Shown: positions 30,931-40,213 of the stretch, one piece after another
Position numbering within the stretch: position 1 is the stretch's first letter
Layout: each line of letters starts with the position of its first letter
DNA from: an uncultured Bacteroidales bacterium
GTDB lineage: Bacteria > Bacteroidota > Bacteroidia > Bacteroidales > UBA10428
Direction of reading: 5' to 3'
DNA: 64,000 bases
Assembly: GCA_963790105.1 (NCBI GenBank)
Contig: CAWBNI010000025.1
Span: 76,638-140,637 of the forward strand
Program-made: the position numbers and the translations under genes
The notes under the pieces: generated by a model
Databases searched by the model: none
The model's input: only the letters and a program-made list of their open reading frames with translations
Told to the model about the DNA's origin: nothing

Positions 30931-31043
30931 AATTGATAGTTGATAGTTGATCGTGAGACTGGGAGTGAATGACTGCAAGCCTTGTTCATAACTCCAACTA
31001 CAACTACCAACAACTAACAACTAACAACTAACAACAATCAACT
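30931..31043. repeat. Composite array ending in the (TAACAAC)n leader
   Basis: TTGATAG x2-3 (30933-30953). AACTCCA/ACTACAA/CTACCAA words. TAACAAC x3 (31015-31035), then AATCAACT immediately before the ATG at 31044. Confidence 0.95.
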
Positions 31044-32096
31044 ATGCTAAAATATGCAGTATTCGGATGCGGTTTTTGGGCAAAATTTCAAATCGGAGCC
31101 TGGTCCGAAATTGAGGGGGTTGAATTGGTTGCCTTATATAACCGTACATTGGTGAAAGCACAAAAATTGGCTGAAATGTTTCACGTGCCACATGTGTATG
31201 ACAATGCGGAAGAATTGCTCCAAAATGAAAAGCCTGATTTTGTTGAAATAATTACTGATGTGGATACGCATGCCTTGTTCACGGAACTGGCAGTTAAACA
31301 TGGTGTTAAAAACATTATTTGCCAGAAACCGATGGCACCTGATTTTGAGACGGCCAAAACACATGGTGGATTTATGCAGGAATGCCGGGGTAAATTTATA
31401 CATCCATGAAAATTACCGTTGGCAGGCACCGGTCCGTCGTTTCCGTGAGATCATGGATTCGGGTATTATCGGCACGCCTTTTAAAGCCCGGGTTTCATTT
31501 CTGTCAGGTTTTCCTGTATTCGATAACCAGCCTTTTCTTAAAAATCTGGATAAGTTTATCCTCACGGATATGGGATCGCATATTCTTGATGTCACCCGTT
31601 ATCTTTTTGGAGAGGTCAAAACACTTTGGTGCCAGACCCGTTCAATTAATCCGGGGATTAAAGGGTGAGGATCTTGCGGTTGTGATGATGTGAAATGAAA
31701 AACAGGATGCCTGTATATACTGAAATGTCATATGCATCCATTGTTGAACATGATTCTTTCTCCACGGTTTTTATCCTGGTTGAAGGCGACAAAGGTTCTG
31801 TTTACCTGGGTCCCGGATTTGAGATCAGGACAACAACCCGTGAAAAAACTACATCTGAAATTGTGAAATTTCCGGGTTATCCCTGGGCTGACCCGAATTA
31901 TATTGTAAATCATGAAAGTGGTATACCGCTCAGCCGGAATATCCTGGCAGACATGCTCGCAAAGGGAAAGGCCGAAAATACAGGGGCTGATAATTTCGAA
32001 ACAGTAAAACTGGTATGGGCCTCCTATGAATCAGCAGCTACCGGAAAACTGATCGACGTGGATTCATTTAGTGGAAATAACGGCCATATTGAATAA
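31044..32096 (+). pseudogene. Second Gfo/Idh/MocA-family oxidoreductase, 2-3 frameshifts
   Basis: N-terminus FGCGFWAKFQ..ICQKPMA. Middle HENYRWQAPVRRF.. (frame of 31258). C-terminal piece 31695-32096. Confidence 0.75.
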
Positions 32097-32167
32097 ATCG
32101 CTGAAATCCTTCACGGGAAGGAGACGGTTTGTTATATTTGCACTGAAACAAACCAATTTATTAGAAC

Positions 32168-32895
32168 ATGGAACTTCGTCTATTTGAATCACCGGAGCAA
32201 CTCAGCGAATTTGCTGCATCTATTATTATTTACAGTATTAAGACCACGGATGGCCTTTTACTATGCACGGCTACCGGCAATTCGACAACCCTGACATACC
32301 AGAATCTGGTTGAACATAAGAAGCAATTTGAGGCGGATACGCTCCGTATTCTTAAACTGGATGAATGGGGCGGTGTGCCCATGACTGACCCTCAGTCCTG
32401 CGAAGTATATCTGCAGGAAAACCTTATTAAACCTTTGGGAATTGAAGAAGAAAACTACATTTCCTTTCAAAGTGATTCAGAAGTTCCTGCGGATGAATGC
32501 ACAAGGATTCAGGAATACCTTGAAGAGCAGGGACCCATTGACCTTTGCATTGTCGGAATTGGATTAAACGGGCATGTTGCCTTAAATGAACCGGCGGATG
32601 TTCTTCAGCCTCATTGCCATGTGCAGGAATTGTCACGAACAATCCCTCAGCCATCCGATGGCAGTTGGAATGGAAGTCAAACCAACCTACGGATTAACAC
32701 TGGGCATGGTTGATATACTAAATTCCAAACAGCTTATATTGATTGATCAGTGGTGCAAACAAGGCAGAGATAACAAAGGAATTCATGACAAAAAAGATCA
32801 CTACATCCCTTCCTGCTTCCCTGTTATGGCTGCATCCGAATGCACTTTGCCTGTGCGACCAGGATGCGTATAGTCTCGTTGGCCAGATCTCCTGA
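32168..32895 (+). pseudogene. Glucosamine-6-P deaminase/6-phosphogluconolactonase-family (NagB-like) protein, frameshifted
   Basis: Motifs LCTATGNST, LDEWGG and VGIGLNGHVALNEP. The C-terminus ITTSLPASLLWLHPNALCLCDQDAY lies in a third frame and ends at TGA 32893-32895. Confidence 0.7.
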
Positions 32896-32935
32896 TCTGA
32901 AAATCCGGTGTCGACCTATACCGGAAGATGTATTT

Positions 32936-35893
32936 CTATAATTCTGCAGTTAGTTTTGTTCCGGCATCATCCGTGGCCTGATCTACGAGGTATATGATGG
33001 ATTTATAGCTTATTCCGCTGTGATGGCTTAATCCTATTTCACAGGTCCGGCTTGTGCTGAATCCCAGGGTGATATCAGGTGTTATCTGTGGTTTTAATTC
33101 CCTGAGGGCTGACGCATTCAGCTCAGGGTATGTGAATCCCCTGTCCCCGGCCCACCCGCAGCAGCCAACATCTTCAGGGACCAGTATTTCTGCGGCACAC
33201 ATTCGGGCAAGTTCCTTCAATTGCTGGTCAAGTCCCATTTTCGTATTGCTGCATGTACTGTGAATCGCTACCTTCAGGGGAAGTTGCCGGAATGTAAGGC
33301 GCGATGGAAAGAATGTAAGCATAAACTCCACCGGTTCATATAATTTCAGACGTTTGTCGAGGGTCTCCTTCATCCTGAATAAACAGGGACTCATATCGCA
33401 AAAAACCGGGATTGTTCCATTTTCTGTAGCCAGAAGCAACGCTTTTTCCAGTTCAGCTGCCTTTTGTTTGCCCTGATTCTTAAAACCCTTGCTGTCAAAT
33501 GCCATCCCGCAGCATAATTCATTAAGATTTTCAGGATATACCACCTCATAACCGGCCTTTACCAAAAGTGCATGTGTTGCCTGGTGCAGGCTGTCTTCTT
33601 TTCCATAGTCGGCTGATTTACCCATCGCCCGGTTTATACACGAAGGGAAATATACAACCTTGTCCCTTTTCATCGAAACGGTTTTTGATACAATCAATCG
33701 GGGTGCTCCGGAGGGCATATAGGGATTCCAAAGCGGGATCATTCTGAAGGAAGCCTGGTGCAAAAACCGTGTAATGTGAGTCATTGTTTTCGTACCCAGG
33801 AATCTGTGTGTGCCAGCCGTAAAATTCAAACCCATCCTGAGAAAAGTGATTGTGCTCCCCATGTGACCTGCAATGAGGCTGGCAATCTTTTCAGCAATTA
33901 TTCCATGATGGGTAAACCGGAGTTCTTTTATCAGAATACCGGTATTAATTTCAACCGGACAGGCTGTTGCACAAAGTCCATCCGTTGCACAGGTGGCGTC
34001 GCCATGATAACGGAAATCCTTTTTAAGCCGGGCAAGTATCCGCTTGTTTCCGTTTTCACCCGAAAGACGTGTCATTTCCCTGAATATCACGATCCGCTGT
34101 CTTGGTGTAATCGTCAGGGATTTTGAAGGGCAACTGACTTCGCAAAATCCGCATTCAATGCAGGGATCGATAATGGGATCAGCAACAGGATATGATTTAA
34201 TGTTTTTAAGATGGATCCCGGGGTCATCATTTAAAATTACACCCGGATTTAGTATATGATCAGGATCAAAAATCTGTTTTATTTCGTGCATGACGGCATA
34301 TAACTCTTCACCCCATTCTTCCCTTACAAAAGGAGCCATATTCCTTCCCGTACCATGCTCACCTTTCAGGCTTCCATCATAACGGTGAATTGTAAGCATG
34401 ACGACTTCATGCATGAATTTATTGTAGTTGTCAATACTTCCCGGTTTGCTAAAATCCGGTGTGATTACAAAATGAATATTGCCATCCAGGATATGTCCCC
34501 AGATAACCGTCCGGTGATACCCGTATTTTTCCGTGAGTTTCCTAAGATCAGTGAGAGCATCAGCGATTACATCCTGCCTGAAAGCAAGATCTTCAATGAT
34601 GCAGGCAGCTCCTGCAGGGCGCGCTGCTGCTGCAGAAGTAAAAAGTCCCTTTCTAACCTTCCACAGTTTCTCGTAACGGTTCCTTTCTGTGGTAAATTCA
34701 ACAGGGAAAAGGGTTTCAACGCTTTCAACGACTTTTGTGATCTGAAGAATCTGCTTTTCAAGAGCCTCCTTTGTATAGGCAGATGTATCGATCAGCAAAG
34801 CCGCACAATCTTCACCCAGTTGTTTTAATTCAACCGGCATTCCGGGCCTTTCCTCTACTGACCGCAATGCATTGCGGTCCATCAGTTCAGATGCAGTGAC
34901 TATGCAGTTTTTAAGAAGCCGGGGAAACTCACAGGCATCTCTCAGGGTAGGAAAGAAAATCAACGAAGTTGCTTTTAACGGAAATTCAGGCACAGTTTTC
35001 AGGGTAACCGAGGAAATGAAACCGAGTGTGCCTTCCGCTCCCACCATGAGGTGTTCAAGAATATCAAATGGATCTGTGAAATCAATCAGTGCATTGATCC
35101 CATAACCGCATGTATTTTTCAATTCAAATTTATGACGGATTTTTTCTGACATCGCGTCATCTGATCTTACCCTTGCAGCGAGATTGGAAAGCTGTTCAAG
35201 GAGGCGGGAATGGGAACCTGCAAATGTTTTTCTGTCAATGGGATCCCGGGTATCTACAACGGCTCCGTCAGCCAGAATAACCCGCATTCCCTGCAAGGTA
35301 TTGTAGCTATTGTGCTGAATTCCAAAGGCTCCTCCGCTGGCATTATTTGAAACTATCCCGCCTATTTTTGCCGAGTTTATGGATGACGGATCAGGACCGA
35401 TCCGGCGGCCGAATCTTGCCAGTCGGGCATTTGCCATTGATCCTGTGATGCCGCATTGGAGAGTAACCTCCGAACCATTCTCTGAATGAAAGCCTGAAAA
35501 ACCATCGCCGATTTCAACCAGTACAGAATCAGAAATGGTTTGTCCGCTTAAGCTGGTTCCTCCGGCTTTAAAAGTTAACGAAATTCCTGATTCCGCGCAG
35601 CTGCGTATAACGTGAATGATTTCGGACTCTGATTCTACACGTACCACCAATTTTGGAACGAGGCGGTAAAAACCTGCATCCGTTCCTTTGGCCAGTGTAT
35701 AGAGCGGGTCAGTGAAAATCCTTGCTCCGGGAATGTTCCTTCTCAGTTTTTTGACCAGGAGTTTTATGGACGGGGAAAGAGGACAACTATTATTTTGTTT
35801 AGAATAATAGCCTAAAGATACAAAAAAAGACCTTCGGGGTTTTTTGAATACCCCGAAGGTCTTCTCGTTTAAAATCGGTAATCGTAGAGCCAA
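32936..35893 (-). CDS. FAD-linked oxidase fused to 4Fe-4S and CCG (cysteine-rich) domains (YdiJ / D-lactate-dehydrogenase-like)
   Basis: Intact. FAD-binding GGTSLSGQ, two CxxCxxCxxxCP-type clusters (CIECGFCEVSCP, CATDGLCATACP) and a C-terminal CCG pair. The true start is probably near 35790 and no ATG is present there. The 5' ~100 nt of the ORF crosses two hairpins. Confidence 0.8.
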   Translation of the reverse strand: MALRLPILNEKTFGVFKKPRRSFFVSLGYYSKQNNSCPLSPSIKLLVKKLRRNIPGARIFTDPLYTLAKGTDAGFYRLVPKLVVRVESESEIIHVIRSCAESGISLTFKAGGTSLSGQTISDSVLVEIGDGFSGFHSENGSEVTLQCGITGSMANARLARFGRRIGPDPSSINSAKIGGIVSNNASGGAFGIQHNSYNTLQGMRVILADGAVVDTRDPIDRKTFAGSHSRLLEQLSNLAARVRSDDAMSEKIRHKFELKNTCGYGINALIDFTDPFDILEHLMVGAEGTLGFISSVTLKTVPEFPLKATSLIFFPTLRDACEFPRLLKNCIVTASELMDRNALRSVEERPGMPVELKQLGEDCAALLIDTSAYTKEALEKQILQITKVVESVETLFPVEFTTERNRYEKLWKVRKGLFTSAAAARPAGAACIIEDLAFRQDVIADALTDLRKLTEKYGYHRTVIWGHILDGNIHFVITPDFSKPGSIDNYNKFMHEVVMLTIHRYDGSLKGEHGTGRNMAPFVREEWGEELYAVMHEIKQIFDPDHILNPGVILNDDPGIHLKNIKSYPVADPIIDPCIECGFCEVSCPSKSLTITPRQRIVIFREMTRLSGENGNKRILARLKKDFRYHGDATCATDGLCATACPVEINTGILIKELRFTHHGIIAEKIASLIAGHMGSTITFLRMGLNFTAGTHRFLGTKTMTHITRFLHQASFRMIPLWNPYMPSGAPRLIVSKTVSMKRDKVVYFPSCINRAMGKSADYGKEDSLHQATHALLVKAGYEVVYPENLNELCCGMAFDSKGFKNQGKQKAAELEKALLLATENGTIPVFCDMSPCLFRMKETLDKRLKLYEPVEFMLTFFPSRLTFRQLPLKVAIHSTCSNTKMGLDQQLKELARMCAAEILVPEDVGCCGWAGDRGFTYPELNASALRELKPQITPDITLGFSTSRTCEIGLSHHSGISYKSIIYLVDQATDDAGTKLTAEL
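35822..35862 (-). terminator. Rho-independent terminator after the YfiR-like gene
   Basis: 13-bp stem AGACCTTCGGGGT/ACCCCGAAGGTCT with a 9-nt loop, followed on the minus strand by T7. Confidence 0.75.
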
Positions 35894-35915
35894 GGCATTG
35901 CCTTGGCTCTACGAT
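35881..35915. other. 35-nt near-perfect palindrome
   Basis: ATCGTAGAGCCAAGGCA-T-TGCCTTGGCTCTACGAT, with 17-bp arms. Confidence 0.9.
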
Positions 35916-35939
35916 ATCCTATTCTATATCAAAATCAAT

Positions 35940-35967
35940 CGTAAATCGTAAATCGTAAATCGTAAAT
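35940..35967. repeat. CGTAAAT x4
   Basis: Four exact units. As at 1517-1544, the array runs directly into a minus-strand TGA stop (35967-35969). Confidence 0.95.
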
Positions 35968-36513
35968 CAATTTACTGCCATTTTTTCGAGCACCGAACTG
36001 GCCATCAGGTTATTTTTCCGGAGAATTTCCTTGTTCATTTCAAATTTCATAACACCGTTTACCGGGATAAAATTAATCATTGATCCTTTATCAATCAGAC
36101 CTTCGGTTTGAGAAACGATGAGCGTATGGCTTCCGCTGGTCTTTTGTACCAATGCATTTATTTTGTTGCTCTGCCAGTCAGCCACAAATACAATTTGCTG
36201 GTATCCTGAAACTTCATTCACCGAACTAAAATACCTTACAACGATAGGCTGCAAACCAACCCTCATGTTTTGAGTAAGCTTTGTCATTTCAGTATAAAGT
36301 TCCTTATCACCAACGATCGTAGATGACAAAGTCACCCGATTTGTTTTCTTCCGGCCAGTTAATGTTTCTCGAAAAATTGTAAAGACAATTTGAAAGATAC
36401 TTCGTCATTGAAACAATTTTCACATCCTGGGATTTACCTGACTCTGTAATTAAAAACAGCAGTATAAATGCAACTGTCAATCTGAGGCCGGTCTTTAAGA
36501 TAGATCTGTTCAT
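35967..36513 (-). pseudogene. YfiR-like (DUF4154) periplasmic protein, one frameshift
   Basis: Signal-peptide piece 36307-36513 plus body 35967-36335 (frames 0>2). The family call is from overall similarity only. Confidence 0.5.
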
Positions 36514-36664
36514 GTAGTTTGATAAATTATAGGATTATACAAAACGATTATTGAGGGTAAGGATGGTCAGTTTGTGGAGATACCCTTCCTTGAAAGAGCG
36601 TAAACTAAAAGAAGGGATTTCTGATGAAGTCATACTTTTTGTACGCAAAAAATCCCAAAAAGTT

Positions 36665-37198
36665 TCATCTCTTCAGTCCTGATGTGGGCAGGTAGGTTCC
36701 GAAACCTGCCAGGTGTTTCTTGTAATAAATTTCATCGAGATTGCTGATGGAAACGGACTTACCCTTGCCCGGAGAATGAATAAACTGATTATTGCCAAGA
36801 TAAATACCTACATGCGATATCTTTTTTCCACGGGTAACAAAAAATACAAGATCCCCGGGCTGGGCTTTGAAAGCCTTGATATGCCGGCTTTGTTTGTATT
36901 GCTCATACGAAGAACGGGGCAGCGAATAGCCAAAGTTTCCATAAACATATTTTACATATCCTGAACAATCGAAACCATTCTCATTGGATTGGCTGTATTG
37001 ATAGCTTACCCCAATGTACTTCTTTGCATTGGTAACCAGGCTGGCTCTTAATGAGTCTGTCAATACAGTGATCTTTGGTGTGTCATTAACTGCGGCTGGC
37101 GGGTCATCATCAAATATTACCTTAAAATCAGATTGGGACCAGCTTTTGAATGGCAATACAAGAATCAGAATCAATATGTTTATATACTTTAACTGCAT
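36665..37198 (-). CDS. NlpC/P60 (C40) cell-wall peptidase
   Basis: Intact 177 aa with a signal peptide. Catalytic GFDCSGYV and ISHVGIYLG motifs. Confidence 0.85.
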   Translation of the reverse strand: MQLKYINILILILVLPFKSWSQSDFKVIFDDDPPAAVNDTPKITVLTDSLRASLVTNAKKYIGVSYQYSQSNENGFDCSGYVKYVYGNFGYSLPRSSYEQYKQSRHIKAFKAQPGDLVFFVTRGKKISHVGIYLGNNQFIHSPGKGKSVSISNLDEIYYKKHLAGFGTYLPTSGLKR

Positions 37199-37322
37199 AT
37201 CTTTCCTATAACCGCAAAATTAGCCTGAATATTGTATTCAGCATCCGGACAGGGCTAATCTGATTGCAATACTTCTTATGTATACCAAACAGATTGGCTT
37301 GTTTTTGAAGTTCCACATCTCC

Positions 37323-38822
37323 TCATGGCTTTAATGGCAGGGAAAAATAAAAGGTTGCTCCCTTATCTACAATTCCTTCGGCCCAGACCCGGCCTTTCAT
37401 CCTGAGTATGATGCGCTGTACAATGGCCAATCCGACACCGGTACCCTCGAATTCGTTTATTGTATGCAATCGCTGGAATACTCCAAATAACTTGTCGGAA
37501 TAGGCCATGTTAAACCCGGCTCCATTATCCCTGACAGAATATACATTTTCCGTATCGGTAACATAACAATCCACTTCGATGACCGGTTTGGGCTTAAGCG
37601 AAGAAAATTTTATTGCGTTTCCTATCAGGTTCAGGAATATCTGCCTTACAAGGGAGGGATCACCAAATGAATCGGGAATATCATGCAATCGGAATTCGAT
37701 CTTATTTTTGTCCTCCATGGAAATAAGGTCATGAAATGCAGATTCCGCCATTGATTTCATGCTTATAACGGAAAATTTGAGTTCCTGGCGACCCAGACGG
37801 GAGAGAGAAAGGAGGTCATCAATGAGATAACCCATCCTTTGTGCGTTATCGATAATAATTTGAAGAATCCGGTTTACCTCCGGATCAAGGTTTTTTAGAT
37901 GTTCTTCCTGAAGAATTTTAGAAAAACCATTCATCGCCCTGAGCGGTGCCCGGAGATCGTGAGAAACAGAATAGCTGAATGCCTCAAGTTCCTTATTTGC
38001 CAGTTCAAGTTGCGCAGTTCGCCTGCTGACGCGATCTTCAAGCTCTTCATTGAGCCTTACCAGTTGTTCATGAACTCTTCTTTCATCTTCTGCCACACTA
38101 AGTAAGGCCCGCCTTGATTTATCGGCTATTTTCAGGAGAAGAAGGGCTTCCTCCGTGGCTGCCTGAGCCATATCTTCAGCTCTTTTGCGTCGGAAAGCAA
38201 CTGACACCATCTGGATAAATGATTTGATGATGTCCATGGATATTTCAGGTCTGTCAGAAACAAGCGAAACGGTAGACGAGCCATAAAGTTCATTATCAAT
38301 GAAATAGGCTATACTTAGGAAACAGTTAATGTTATTAATTTTTTGAATGGATTCTCCCATATTTTTTGGGATCAACCCTAAAGAAGCCTCGCTGAGCGTA
38401 TTCAGATAACGGATAGGTTCAGCCGCCATGGTCCTGTAATCTTCATCACTCACCGGGAAACCCACCTCCGAAGCGGGCTTGCCCCCCACGGCCCTGAGCA
38501 GTGATTCGGTAATCTGGACCTCCATTTCGGCATGCTTTAAATACAGGCATTTTTTTACAGGATCATAAATGCTCATCGTTACAGAAACTCCACCGGTAAG
38601 TTCCTTGAGTTTGTGAGAAATATCGGCATAAATTCCGGGTGTGTATTTTTCAGCGTTCAGAATGATTGATGTTTCATTCAGGATTTGCAGGCCGCGGTTG
38701 ATATTTCTAAGGGCTTCCTCAGCTTTCTTTCTCTCTTCAATTTCCCGGTACAGGTATTCTTTTTTTGAATCTTCTCCCGATTTTCCCGGATGCAAATGAC
38801 TGATTGATTTTTTTCTTTGCAT
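37323..38822 (-). CDS. Cytoplasmic sensor histidine kinase (GAF-like sensor, HisKA, HATPase)
   Basis: Intact 499 aa. H-box FSYSVSHDLRAPLRAMNGF, N/G boxes NLIGNAIKFS and GTGVGLAIV. No TM helix. Confidence 0.85.
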   Translation of the reverse strand: MQRKKSISHLHPGKSGEDSKKEYLYREIEERKKAEEALRNINRGLQILNETSIILNAEKYTPGIYADISHKLKELTGGVSVTMSIYDPVKKCLYLKHAEMEVQITESLLRAVGGKPASEVGFPVSDEDYRTMAAEPIRYLNTLSEASLGLIPKNMGESIQKINNINCFLSIAYFIDNELYGSSTVSLVSDRPEISMDIIKSFIQMVSVAFRRKRAEDMAQAATEEALLLLKIADKSRRALLSVAEDERRVHEQLVRLNEELEDRVSRRTAQLELANKELEAFSYSVSHDLRAPLRAMNGFSKILQEEHLKNLDPEVNRILQIIIDNAQRMGYLIDDLLSLSRLGRQELKFSVISMKSMAESAFHDLISMEDKNKIEFRLHDIPDSFGDPSLVRQIFLNLIGNAIKFSSLKPKPVIEVDCYVTDTENVYSVRDNGAGFNMAYSDKLFGVFQRLHTINEFEGTGVGLAIVQRIILRMKGRVWAEGIVDKGATFYFSLPLKP

Positions 38823-38875
38823 AATTATCCCGAATTATTGATTGAATAGCCTGTTATGATCCTTTAGTTATTTTG

Positions 38876-40201
38876 TCATCCGAATTTTGAGTCATTCATT
38901 TCGTTTGCCACACTGGCATAGCGAATAGGCTTCCCCATTGAAACAAGGAGTTCATTAACTTCCTGTTTCAATTCTATCACCCGGTTTTCCCGGTTCAGTG
39001 TTACATCATACCAGCGCCGCAGTTCCTCAAACTGATCCCTGTTTTTCTCCTCCGCCTCTATGCGCTTTGTTATGTCAATTACAGTAGTAAGCAGATGGGG
39101 CTTTCCTTTAATTTGCACAAAAACGATAGAAATCAGCCCAAAAATTAATTTACCCGATTTTGTTCTGAAACATGACTCATGAGCCAGGATATGGTTATCT
39201 TTTTTTAATATGTCAGCAATTTTATCCCTTTCTCCTTTTTCGGCAAACAGGCCCAGTTCTGACACTGTTTTACCAATAACCTCATCACGTGTATATTCAA
39301 GCTGATGAAGAAAAGTCTCATTTACATCTATTATTTTACTTTCGTCGGGTGTAGAAATTGCAAGGGCAGCAGGACTGTTATAAAAAATATTGGAAAATAG
39401 CCGGGCTGATTCCAAAATTGATTCATCCACCTTTTTCCGTTGGGTAATATCCTGGATGATGCCGTAGACAATTCCCTTTTCCCGGTCGAATGTGGCCTCG
39501 GAATGGATATCCTTTATTTCACCGGTATCTGCTGCTTCAATCCTGAATTCAACAACATAAGGTGTATCCTTTTCCAACAGATTTTTCAGGGCGCTATTGA
39601 GCAACGGACGGTCTTCACTTAATACAACATTCTTTATGAAAGGGTAGGATAATTCATCTTTATGCACGCCATAAATTTGTACTGCCCCCAAAGACGCAAA
39701 CATTTTCTGGGAATTAATATGAAGTTCCCAATTGCCGGTTTTGGAAGCCAGTTCTGCCCTGTTCAGGCGTGCCTCACTTATACGGATCTTTTCCTCGGCC
39801 TGTCTCCGTTCTGTCATATCGATGCCATAGGCCCAGGTGTATGGTCCGCTGGATCTGAAACCCCAGGAGATGCACCTGATGGAACCATCCTTGCATGAGA
39901 CAAAGGCTTCAATGGGTTGAACAGGTGTATTCGTTTCAAGAGTCTGTCTTTTTTTTTCTTCCCATTCACTTCTGATCTGGTCCCGGTATTTTCTATCAGG
40001 ATAGGCAATGGGCCACCAGGCGTCTATCGAAGGAATATCTTCGATCGTGTACCCGAACAACCGGATAAAAGTGGGATTAAAATACTCTACAACCTGTTCA
40101 GGACCCGAGAAGATACAGATGGCCAGCGGAGAATTTTCAACAATTGTTTTGAACTTTATCTCCTCAGGAGCAAGTTTCTCTTCCTGGTTAAAATTCACCA
40201 T
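38876..40201 (-). CDS. Multi-PAS-domain protein without an output domain
   Basis: Intact 441 aa. Three PAS-like modules and a C-terminal coiled-coil segment (RRWYDVTLNRENRVIELKQEVNELL). Confidence 0.7.
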   Translation of the reverse strand: MVNFNQEEKLAPEEIKFKTIVENSPLAICIFSGPEQVVEYFNPTFIRLFGYTIEDIPSIDAWWPIAYPDRKYRDQIRSEWEEKKRQTLETNTPVQPIEAFVSCKDGSIRCISWGFRSSGPYTWAYGIDMTERRQAEEKIRISEARLNRAELASKTGNWELHINSQKMFASLGAVQIYGVHKDELSYPFIKNVVLSEDRPLLNSALKNLLEKDTPYVVEFRIEAADTGEIKDIHSEATFDREKGIVYGIIQDITQRKKVDESILESARLFSNIFYNSPAALAISTPDESKIIDVNETFLHQLEYTRDEVIGKTVSELGLFAEKGERDKIADILKKDNHILAHESCFRTKSGKLIFGLISIVFVQIKGKPHLLTTVIDITKRIEAEEKNRDQFEELRRWYDVTLNRENRVIELKQEVNELLVSMGKPIRYASVANEMNDSKFG

Positions 40202-40213
40202 ATCATTATGTTA

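Noticed and set aside
35790-35893. The 5' extension of the 985-aa ORF as real coding sequence
   Set aside because: It spans a canonical terminator hairpin and a 35-nt palindrome, and its translation has no resemblance to the family N-terminus.
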